Shown here: positions 1-7,347 of the stretch, in pieces
Numbering within the stretch: position 1 is the stretch's first letter
How the letters are laid out: each line of letters begins with the position of its first letter
Source: an uncultured virus (IMG/VR IMGVR_UViG_3300028048_001320)
Lineage: Duplodnaviria; Heunggongvirae; Uroviricota; Caudoviricetes
IMG/VR virus record: IMGVR_UViG_3300028048_001320
Direction: 5' to 3' (one strand)
Length of the DNA stretch: 64,000 nucleotides
The notes under the pieces: generated by a model
The model's input: the letters and a program-made list of their open reading frames with translations, nothing else
The model's database searches: none
Told to the model about the DNA's origin: nothing
Made by a program: the position numbers and the translations under genes

Positions 1-161
1 CTGTCTATTGCTTTTTCATCTTCTTTCTTACATCTAATTATTATTTTTAACCAATTCATTTCAATGTTTTCTATTTTATAAGAAACTGAATAACAATTTA
101 ACAACTCTTCAAGTTTACATTCTGTTGTATAATTATCTTCTTTGTAATAAATTTTCTTCAC
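1..161 (-). CDS. small hypothetical protein (partial, runs off the window start)
   Basis: Not in the ORF track. GTG at 161 after a GGAAAGAGAGGAAAAGGAA leader, with its own promoter at 194-222. Translation MKKIYYKEDNYTTECKLEELLNCYSVSYKIENIEMNWLKIIIRCKKEDEKAID..., open to the window edge. Confidence 0.7.
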   Translation of the reverse strand, partial: MKKIYYKEDNYTTECKLEELLNCYSVSYKIENIEMNWLKIIIRCKKEDEKAID

Positions 162-193
162 TTCCTTTTCCTCTCTTTCCTTTTTGTACTTCT

Positions 194-222
194 ATTATAT
201 CAAACTATTAACCCTTTGTCAA
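194..222 (-). promoter_or_regulatory. sigma-A-type promoter (TTGACA-17-TAATAT, TG-extended)
   Basis: Minus strand TTGACA aagggttaatagtttga TAATAT. Confidence 0.7.
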
Positions 223-229
223 CTACTTT

Positions 230-406
230 TTAATAGAAAGGATTGATTTTCTTTTTAGCGTTATCAATAAACTGTACACAACCGAAGTTCTGCATTCTCC
301 ATTTATCAGCTACTCTCATAGCTTCGTATCTATTATCTGTTGTAAACTCTCTATCTTCTCTATCCATCCATGCTGGAGTTATAAGTTTTACTGTCCATCT
401 CATCAT
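230..406 (-). CDS. small hypothetical protein (58 aa)
   Basis: Not in the ORF track. MMRWTVKLITPAWMDREDREFTTDNRYEAMRVADKWRMQNFGCVQFIDNAKKKINPFY*. Same GGAAAGAGAGGAAAA leader as the neighbouring gene, with its own promoter. Confidence 0.8.
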   Translation of the reverse strand: MMRWTVKLITPAWMDREDREFTTDNRYEAMRVADKWRMQNFGCVQFIDNAKKKINPFY

Positions 407-439
407 TTTGTTTTCCTCTCTTTCCTTTTTCTTGAGTTA

Positions 440-468
440 AGTATACCACTTCCAAACCGGTTTGTCAA
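440..468 (-). promoter_or_regulatory. sigma-A-type promoter (TTGACA-17-TATACT)
   Basis: Minus strand TTGACA aaccggtttggaagtgg TATACT. Confidence 0.8.
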
Positions 469-537
469 TACCTTTTTATTATTTTTTTATTTGTTATTTT
501 GCACAAAAAAACTTTATTATTTTATACATTTTGTCTA

Positions 538-566
538 TTGACTTTTGTTGTGTGATGTGTTATAAT
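538..566 (+). promoter_or_regulatory. sigma-A-type promoter firing into the non-coding repeat array
   Basis: TTGACT tttgttgtgtgatgtgt TATAAT, with TG extended -10. No credible + strand gene downstream. Confidence 0.7.
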
Positions 567-623
567 CAAAATGAGAAACTGCGCTATTTTTATTTATTAT
601 AATTCTCCCATAATTTTTAAAAA

Positions 624-720
624 GTTAGAGATGCCTAACCAGAGTTAAACGTCTTTAACCAGAGTTAGTCACCTTTAACCAGAGTTAGATGCCATTAACA
701 GGAGTTAGACACGTCTAACC
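624..720. repeat. 20-bp-period array of TAACCAGAGTTA (iteron-like)
   Basis: TAACCAGAGTTA at 636, 656 and 676, TAACAGGAGTTA at 696, half copies at 624 and 716, separated by variable 8-bp spacers. An inverted copy TAACTCTTGTTA lies at 882-893. Confidence 0.9.
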
Positions 721-771
721 AATAAGAACATTTCCGAGACAATTTTGCCAAACGGGTATTCTATTGGTTTT

Positions 772-799
772 GTGGCGCGCCACGCACGTCCGCGCGCCA
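772..799. other. GC-rich inverted repeat/hairpin
   Basis: TGGCGCGC (773-780) / GCGCGCCA (792-799), plus palindrome GTGGCGCGCCAC at 772-783, in an otherwise very AT-rich context. Confidence 0.75.
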
Positions 800-1177
800 A
801 GCAACTAACCCTACATTATTATTTATTAACACCTTTATATCTTTATTTATTATCTTCTTGCATTTGCTCTTTTGTGTAGTTTAACTCTTGTTAAGTTATT
901 TAATTAAAGTTGAATTTATTTATTTAACTTTAATTTATTAATAAGTTTTTTATTTGTTTAATTATTATTCATTGTATGTTATTTGATTATTTTATAATTA
1001 ATATAATTTTAACAATGAATAAAATCCCAAGAGGTAGTAGAAGAAAATGATTCCATCTACATTGTTACCAGAGCCAGAACGTAGCTAAATAAATTTTCGT
1101 AACAACCTGATGGGGGGTGGTATTTTGGGAAAAGTCCCAAAAGTCCTGGTCGAAATGAAAAGCGCACCCCAATTCTC

Positions 1178-1266
1178 ACAGAAAATGAACCTCAAAATGA
1201 ATAACGAAAACAACAGAAAATGAACCTCAAAATGAATAACGAATAATAACCCTCAAAACGAAAAAC
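1178..1266. repeat. 35-bp-period direct repeat (2 copies plus a degenerate third)
   Basis: ACAGAAAATGAACCTCAAAATGAATAACGAA at 1178 and 1213, then ...CCTCAAAACGAAAAACG. Confidence 0.85.
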
Positions 1267-1346
1267 GGGAAATATAGTAACCATTTTTTAATTAACAACC
1301 CCATTTTATATTTCCCGCACGCGTGTCAAATTCAAAAAACGGCCCC

Positions 1347-1796
1347 TTAATAATACTTATTACCCTGCTTAAAATTAATCTTTTCCATATCCGGGTCTTG
1401 TATATTTAACTCTCTCTCTTCAATAGAATAAACACATAAAATTTCCAAGTAATCTCTGTCTCCAAAAATCTCTGTAAATAAACTATGCATATCAGGGTAT
1501 AGGCGCGGCAGCACTATCTTCTTCATCTTCATCCACTTAGATGCAATACATAATTTCTTTAAGCATTTTTCAACATCTTCATCTGTGGAAATACACATTT
1601 TAAAAATCTTACCATTAGTAGAGCTTATAATATCACCTTGCTTAAGCTTTACAGGTGAAAATTCATTTTTGTATCTTTTTTCTAACCAATAAGAATCTTT
1701 ATCAAAACCATTACCTTCTTTATCTACATAAAGAACAATAGTCCCATCATTCTCATAATCTAAAATATTTCCAATTACTTCATTATATTTAAACAT
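1347..1796 (-). CDS. hypothetical protein, possibly a degenerate macro domain (Poa1p/TARG1-like)
   Basis: ORF track 1347..1814; I prefer the ATG at 1796. The pattern 'NEVIGNILDY...KIFKMC...KCLKKL...KKIVLPRL...EIFGDRDYLEILCVY' echoes Poa1p-like macrodomains but lacks the Gly-rich loops. Confidence 0.45.
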   Translation of the reverse strand: MFKYNEVIGNILDYENDGTIVLYVDKEGNGFDKDSYWLEKRYKNEFSPVKLKQGDIISSTNGKIFKMCISTDEDVEKCLKKLCIASKWMKMKKIVLPRLYPDMHSLFTEIFGDRDYLEILCVYSIEERELNIQDPDMEKINFKQGNKYY

Positions 1797-1844
1797 GCGC
1801 GAATGCGGCCTCATGACGCCACAAGGCTAGGTCGCCGCCTCCTT

Positions 1845-2087
1845 TCACCAAGATATTATAGTAGTCTCCCAATTGTCTGCCGCTTGCCAGTATATTCTCT
1901 CAACTTTATATCCTAATGTTTCAAGTTTCGTTTTATTTTCTGTATCTATATAAAAATCAAGTGAACATGATGTTTCACCTTTATCTATAGCAAATCCAAT
2001 AGCTTTTTCTATTATGCGCATTTCTTGCGCGTGTAAATTTTTTTGTATAAATTCACTTGTTTTTCTTGCTTCTTCCGCATTTATCAT
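1845..2087 (-). CDS. hypothetical protein (paralog of 2094..2330)
   Basis: ORF track. Shares AI(D/E)KGE, TEN..L..LGY(K/R)V..IY and a terminal W with its neighbour. Confidence 0.8.
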   Translation of the reverse strand: MINAEEARKTSEFIQKNLHAQEMRIIEKAIGFAIDKGETSCSLDFYIDTENKTKLETLGYKVERIYWQAADNWETTIISW

Positions 2088-2093
2088 AATCTA

Positions 2094-2330
2094 TTACCAC
2101 CTTATATTTGTGTAAGCTTGTTTAAAAGGGTTGTATATTGATTGAACTCTATAGCCTAAATCTTGTAAAATTTTTATATTTTCTGTATATAAAAGATGGT
2201 CTATATTAACATGATATTCACCTTTTTCAATAGCCTGCTTAATAATATCTTCCACTCTCTTTAATTCTTTTTCAGGGCGCTTATCACTTGCTATTGTAGA
2301 CATATTATGAGCCATCATTGCACTTATCAT
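2094..2330 (-). CDS. hypothetical protein (paralog of 1845..2087)
   Basis: ORF track 2094..2354; start moved to the ATG at 2330, which follows the SD AAGGAG. Confidence 0.8.
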   Translation of the reverse strand: MISAMMAHNMSTIASDKRPEKELKRVEDIIKQAIEKGEYHVNIDHLLYTENIKILQDLGYRVQSIYNPFKQAYTNIRW

Positions 2331-2350
2331 AATTATTCTCCTTTTTTCTA

Positions 2351-2566
2351 TCAAATCTGTCTTTTATTCCAAAATTCTATTGCTTCTTCTTCAGTATAAT
2401 AGTTTCTTCCATACCAATTATCGGCAGCAATATTCATTCTAACATGACATTTTTCACATCTAATAACCCAATCATAATAGTGACATTGCCCATCAGGTAT
2501 TGAATCTTTTTTAAATGTTATATATTTATTTTCGCCACAAAAAGGACATAGTTTTAATCTATCCAT
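2351..2566 (-). CDS. Lar-family restriction alleviation-like Zn-ribbon protein
   Basis: LKLCPFCG ... IRCEKC ... TEEEAIEFWNKR, the typical Lar-family signature. Confidence 0.7.
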   Translation of the reverse strand: MDRLKLCPFCGENKYITFKKDSIPDGQCHYYDWVIRCEKCHVRMNIAADNWYGRNYYTEEEAIEFWNKRQI

Positions 2567-2598
2567 AATTATTCTCCTTTTTATTTACTTCTAAATAA

Positions 2599-2627
2599 AT
2601 TATAGCAAAAATTTTTTTCTATGTCAA
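2599..2627 (-). promoter_or_regulatory. sigma-A promoter for the leftward Lar operon
   Basis: TTGACA tagaaaaaaatttttgc TATAAT. Confidence 0.85.
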
Positions 2628-2644
2628 TTTTCTTAAATGAACTC

Positions 2645-2673
2645 TTGACAAATGCGAAAATTTTTCGTATAAT
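2645..2673 (+). promoter_or_regulatory. sigma-A promoter for the 2709/TerS/TerL operon (divergent pair)
   Basis: TTGACA aatgcgaaaatttttcg TATAAT. Confidence 0.85.
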
Positions 2674-2708
2674 ATAAGTATAAAGATACGAAAGGAGTTC
2701 TACACTAA

Positions 2709-3857
2709 ATGAATGAAGAACAAAACTTAGCTCAAGATATACAAGTACAAAAGTCGGAACCTATTAAATTAGACTACACTTTGGAAAGTTACGAAGAGCG
2801 TCTTGCTTTAGTTAATAAGATTATCGAGTCAACTCCTTCTGAAAAACTTACAAGTAAATATTTAGAGAGATTAGCAGATTATTTAATTTTTACAAAATAT
2901 GATGAAACAAGAGATACAGGTGAAATATTAACAGAAAATAGAAAATATACAGTAAATAAACATGAAACAAGTTTTGAAGGACTCGCTGCGGTATTTGAAA
3001 GTGAATATAATGAAAATGGAAATAGTAGCGGCGAGGATGCAATTTATAATCTTATTACAGATAATAAAAATATTATATTAACCCCAAAAATTAAAATAAC
3101 AAAAGAAGATATTGCGGAAGTACCTGGTTTAAAAGAGTTAGTTGATGAAATTGAACGAATGGAACAACTTTTTAAAGAAGCTAAAGGAAAAGCGCGCTAT
3201 TCTATTAAACAAAATATTATAGCTTTGCGCAAAGACCAATATGTATTAAAAGCTTCTTATAGAGGTTCGATTAATTGTATGAATGTTACTAAATCATCTA
3301 CAACATTAGATATATATGAAGATGTTACAATAGATGAAAATGGTGATTTACATGTTGAATCAAATTTATCTTTATTAATACCTCAGCATGTTTCAGCTTT
3401 ATTATGTAATTATTCAAGGCTGAAAGGTGACAGTTATGGTAAGTTTAATTCAGATATGTATTACATGATTCGTTCTCTTGAAGATTTAATTGATTCAACT
3501 CTTGCGTTAGAGTATCCGCTTTATTTTGATTTATTAGTTTATAAAATTGATGGAATGTCAAATAATGATATTCAGCGGGAATTAGAACAAACTTTTGGTT
3601 TTAGATATTCAGTTGAACATATTTCTTCTTTATGGCGTAATAAAATACCTAAAATTTTAGCAGAGCAAGCGCAAAAGAATTGGCTTGAATGTTATTATAC
3701 AAATGAGAAAAAAGGTAATTGGAAAAGATGTAGCAGATGTGGGCAAATTAAATTAGCGCATAACAAGTTCTTTTCAAAGAATAAAACAAGTAAAGACGGT
3801 TTTTATAGTATATGTAAAGATTGTCGTAATAAGAAAGTAGGGAGCGTGAAAGATTAA
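2709..3857 (+). CDS. putative DNA-binding regulator with a sigma region-4-like HTH and C-terminal Zn ribbon
   Basis: HTH-like segment 'LLVYKIDGMSNNDIQRELEQTFGFRYSVEHISSLWRNKI'; CSRC...CKDC Zn ribbon; SD AAAGGAG. Confidence 0.5.
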   Translation: MNEEQNLAQDIQVQKSEPIKLDYTLESYEERLALVNKIIESTPSEKLTSKYLERLADYLIFTKYDETRDTGEILTENRKYTVNKHETSFEGLAAVFESEYNENGNSSGEDAIYNLITDNKNIILTPKIKITKEDIAEVPGLKELVDEIERMEQLFKEAKGKARYSIKQNIIALRKDQYVLKASYRGSINCMNVTKSSTTLDIYEDVTIDENGDLHVESNLSLLIPQHVSALLCNYSRLKGDSYGKFNSDMYYMIRSLEDLIDSTLALEYPLYFDLLVYKIDGMSNNDIQRELEQTFGFRYSVEHISSLWRNKIPKILAEQAQKNWLECYYTNEKKGNWKRCSRCGQIKLAHNKFFSKNKTSKDGFYSICKDCRNKKVGSVKD

Positions 3858-5173
3858 TGGCTACATTAAAAACTGGCGCGGAGGCTAAGAAAAAATATAC
3901 TTGTGCTAGATGTAAAAAAACCATGTCTGAACTAAAATTTTATAACCATAGAGATGGAACAAAAGATGAGTATTGTAAAGATTGCCTCTGCGCGCATATT
4001 AACAATTTTGACCCAGAAACATTTACTTGGATACTTGAGAGATTAGATGTACCTTACATTCCTCAAGAATGGAATACTTTACGAGATAGAAAATATCAAG
4101 AAGACCCTCATAAAGGAATGGGCGGGTCTGCAGTTATGGGTAAATATCTGGCTAAAATGAAGTTAAACCAATGGAAAAATAAAGAAACTGGTCAGTGGTA
4201 CACATGGGCAGATTCTGAAATGTTAATTAAAACAAGATACGGTGGTAATACAGAAGAAGATTTATCAGAAGAAGAACTTGAAGCAAAGCAAGCAAGAGAA
4301 GAAGATTTAAAGAAAAGATTAGAAGATGGAACTATTTCAGAAGCTGAATACAAGACCTTAGTAGAACCTGCGGCAAGATTAGAAGATGAAATGGCTGCGG
4401 GATTTCCTCAGCCAGTATTTCCAGATGCTAATCCAACATCTGATTTTGACTTTGATAGTCAATATATGTCTGAAGATGAATTACCAGACCCAGCAGCGGA
4501 TTTAACAGCGGATGATAAAATTTATCTTGCTATGAAATGGGGTAGATTATATAAGCCAAATGAATGGGTTGAACTTGAAAAGAAATATACTGAAATGATG
4601 GATTCGTTTGATATTCAGGATGCGGACACCCGCAACACATTAATTCTTATGTGTAAAACTGATTTAAAGATGAATCAGGCGCTTGATTGCGGAGACGTTG
4701 ATGGATACCAGAAATTAGCAAGAGTAAGTGATAGCTTAAGAAAGTCTGGTAAATTTACAGCTGCACAAAATAAAGATAAAGATAATGACCAAATTGACTG
4801 TACTGGTAAATTAATTGCAGTATGTGAGCGCGAAGGCGGTTTTATAAATGAATATGAAATCGAAGCGCCGCGAGATATTATTGATAAAATTATACAAGAC
4901 CAAAATCAATATGTATATAACTTAATTACTAAAGATTTAGGATTTGGTCAACAAATTGAAAATTATTTAAAGAAAATTCAGCTTGAGCATGAAGCTATGG
5001 AAAAGCCGGTTGATGAAATTGAAGAAGTAGAAGATGCAGATATTGCTGAATATTACGAAAGAATAGCAGAAGAAAAAGATGAAGATGCAATCGTTGATGA
5101 AGAGTCTAATGCTTATACAGAGATGCAAGTAAGACTAGATAGATTGGAGAGTGATGTAGATGGCGTTAGCTGA
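3857..5173 (+). CDS. terminase small subunit candidate (N-terminal Zn ribbon)
   Basis: Overlaps the start of TerL; CARC...CKDC at the N-terminus. Assignment is by synteny only. Confidence 0.45.
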   Translation: MATLKTGAEAKKKYTCARCKKTMSELKFYNHRDGTKDEYCKDCLCAHINNFDPETFTWILERLDVPYIPQEWNTLRDRKYQEDPHKGMGGSAVMGKYLAKMKLNQWKNKETGQWYTWADSEMLIKTRYGGNTEEDLSEEELEAKQAREEDLKKRLEDGTISEAEYKTLVEPAARLEDEMAAGFPQPVFPDANPTSDFDFDSQYMSEDELPDPAADLTADDKIYLAMKWGRLYKPNEWVELEKKYTEMMDSFDIQDADTRNTLILMCKTDLKMNQALDCGDVDGYQKLARVSDSLRKSGKFTAAQNKDKDNDQIDCTGKLIAVCEREGGFINEYEIEAPRDIIDKIIQDQNQYVYNLITKDLGFGQQIENYLKKIQLEHEAMEKPVDEIEEVEDADIAEYYERIAEEKDEDAIVDEESNAYTEMQVRLDRLESDVDGVS

Positions 5174-6905
5174 TTTAATGGAGCTTTCCGCGAATAAAAC
5201 AAATCAAAAGATTGGTATATCAGAAGAAAGAATAAAAGCTTGCCTCCCTGAATTAAGGAAGGCTATTGCTTTTTATCGAGCTTATCCAGATTTATATATT
5301 GACTTTTGTAACTCTTGTGCTTCAAATAATGAAAAGAAAGTATTACGCTTATACACTTATCAAAGAGTCTTTTTACGACAAGCTATGAGACATAGACACA
5401 TTTATGCTGTTTATCCTCGTGCTTATTCTAAATCATTCTTATCAGTATTAATTCTTATGCTAAGATGTATTTTTTATCCTGGTTGTCATTTATTTGTTAC
5501 AACAGGTGGAAAAGAGCAAGCTACAGGTATTGTTCGTGAAAAAGCTAATGAATTAATGAAACTTGTTCCAGGGTTAGCAAATGAAGTTAACTTAGACCGT
5601 GGTGTTTCTAAAAACAGTAAAGAGGAATTTACTTTTGTGTTTAAAAACGGAAGTTTGCTTGATGTTATGGCGGCAAGGCAAAGTTCAAGAGGTAAGCGTG
5701 CTACTGGAGGTCTTATAGAAGAGGTTATTCTTGTAGATGGAACATTACTTAATGAAGTTATTATTCCTACAATGAATGTAGATAGACTTCTTCCAGATGG
5801 TAGTAGACATGAATCTGAAATTATAAACAAGAGTCAAATATATGTAACAACTGCGGGATGGAAAAATACCTTCGCTTATGAGAAGCTTATGATGATACTC
5901 CTTGAACAGATTACTCAATCTGACCGTTCTGTTATTATGGGCGGAACTTGGCGGGTTCCGGTTGCGGAAGGTCTTTTAGCTAAAAACTTCGTTCAGCAAC
6001 TTAAACTTGATGGAACATATAATGATAGTTCATTTGGTCGAGAGTATGAGTCTGAATGGAGTGGTGATGCGGAAAATGCTTATTTCTCTTCCGAGATTTT
6101 TGATAAATATCGTATTCTTAATCAGCCTGAATATGAATTTAGTGGAAGAAGTAGTAAATCTGCCTATTACGTATTAGGAATAGACGTAGGTAGAAAAGGA
6201 TGTAATACAGAGTGTGTTGTTATTAAAGTAACACCGCAACCGCAAGGACGAGCATTAAAGTCTATTGTTAATATATATTCTTGGGAAGCAGAACATTTTG
6301 AACAACAAGCAATTAATATAAAAGAATTATTTTTTAAGTATAAAGCTCAAGTATGTGCTATTGATGGTAATGGTCTTGGTATTGGACTTTTGGATTATAT
6401 GGTAAAAGCACAAATTAATCCTAAAACAGGTGAAACATTACCACCTTTTGGGGTTGAGAATATTGCTGATTACCCTGAATATAAAAAATATAGAACTGCT
6501 GATACAGTTAATGATGCAATTTATATTATTAAAGCAAATGCTCCAATTAACACAGAAGCACATACCTATGTTCAAACACAAATGTCCAGCGGTCGTATTA
6601 AATTCCTTATAGATGAAACAACTGCAAAGATGAAACTTATGGAAACTAAAATGGGTCAGTCTATGACTCCAGAAAAAAGAGCTGAATATTTAATGCCTTT
6701 TACCTTGACAACAAGTTTAAGAGAGCAAATGCTTAATCTTATTGAAGATAATGAAGGTGTAAATGTTATTTTAAAGCAGTCCTCTAAAGGTACACCTAAA
6801 GATAAATTTTCAGCTTTTGAATATGGATTGTATTATATTAAAAAACAAGAAGACAGTAAGAAAAATAAGAAATTTGATTTATCTCAATTTTTATTATTTA
6901 ATTAA
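5160..6905 (+). CDS. terL: terminase large subunit
   Basis: Walker A-like PRAYSKSF, RGKRATGGLIEE Walker B, YVTTAG, nuclease GIDVGR...IDGNGLG...KDKFSA; lies upstream of the portal. Confidence 0.92.
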   Translation: MALADLMELSANKTNQKIGISEERIKACLPELRKAIAFYRAYPDLYIDFCNSCASNNEKKVLRLYTYQRVFLRQAMRHRHIYAVYPRAYSKSFLSVLILMLRCIFYPGCHLFVTTGGKEQATGIVREKANELMKLVPGLANEVNLDRGVSKNSKEEFTFVFKNGSLLDVMAARQSSRGKRATGGLIEEVILVDGTLLNEVIIPTMNVDRLLPDGSRHESEIINKSQIYVTTAGWKNTFAYEKLMMILLEQITQSDRSVIMGGTWRVPVAEGLLAKNFVQQLKLDGTYNDSSFGREYESEWSGDAENAYFSSEIFDKYRILNQPEYEFSGRSSKSAYYVLGIDVGRKGCNTECVVIKVTPQPQGRALKSIVNIYSWEAEHFEQQAINIKELFFKYKAQVCAIDGNGLGIGLLDYMVKAQINPKTGETLPPFGVENIADYPEYKKYRTADTVNDAIYIIKANAPINTEAHTYVQTQMSSGRIKFLIDETTAKMKLMETKMGQSMTPEKRAEYLMPFTLTTSLREQMLNLIEDNEGVNVILKQSSKGTPKDKFSAFEYGLYYIKKQEDSKKNKKFDLSQFLLFN

Positions 6906-6945
6906 GGACAAAAATGTCAAATGTAATATAAATATTTTTTATATT
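6906..6945 (+). promoter_or_regulatory. putative phage-specific late promoter (GGAC...TTTTTATA)
   Basis: GGACAAAAATGTCAAATGTAATATAAATATTTTTTATATT; same spacing as four other copies. Confidence 0.65.
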
Positions 6946-6978
6946 TTATATAAGTCAAAGAAAGTCAGGTGAATTAGA

Positions 6979-7335
6979 ATGAAAGCAAGTAGAGGAGAGA
7001 TTACAATAAGTGAAATTTTAACAGAAGCAGGGTTGAATTTTGTAGAAGAATATAGTTTTAAAGACCTTTTGTCTAACACCGGTAGACCGCTAAGATTTGA
7101 CTTTGCCGTTTTTGATGATGACGGTGATTTAGATTTTTTGATTGAATATCAAGGTATTCAACATTATCAACCAAAAGAAAAATTTGGTGGATGGTCAGGT
7201 TTAAGAAAACAACAATTTAATGATATGCAAAAGCGAGAATATTGTAAAAAGCATAATATTAAGTTAGTTATTATTCCTTATACAGACGAATGTATTTTAA
7301 ACTTTGACTATATTATGACTAAAGCAGGATACTAA
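6979..7335 (+). CDS. PD-(D/E)XK / Vsr-like (DUF559/DUF2726-type) endonuclease
   Basis: SRGE...EYSFKDL...LRFDFAV...LIEYQGIQHY...KREYCKKHNIKLVIIPY. Confidence 0.75.
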   Translation: MKASRGEITISEILTEAGLNFVEEYSFKDLLSNTGRPLRFDFAVFDDDGDLDFLIEYQGIQHYQPKEKFGGWSGLRKQQFNDMQKREYCKKHNIKLVIIPYTDECILNFDYIMTKAGY

Positions 7336-7347
7336 AGGAGATAAGAA

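Noticed and set aside
243..440. + strand 65-aa ORF from the track
   Set aside because: It is the antisense shadow of the better supported minus-strand gene 230..406, which has a promoter and SD.
624..720. Mini CRISPR array
   Set aside because: 12-bp repeats and 8-bp spacers are far too short, and no cas genes are present.
1178..1266. Type III toxin-antitoxin RNA mimic (ToxI/antiQ-like 35-nt repeats)
   Set aside because: The period fits, but the unit is A-rich with no visible pseudoknot pairing and no dedicated promoter/terminator pair.
1868..2430. Shared AADNW pentapeptide in the Lar-like protein and the 1845 ORF
   Set aside because: Different codons and unrelated contexts; most likely chance.
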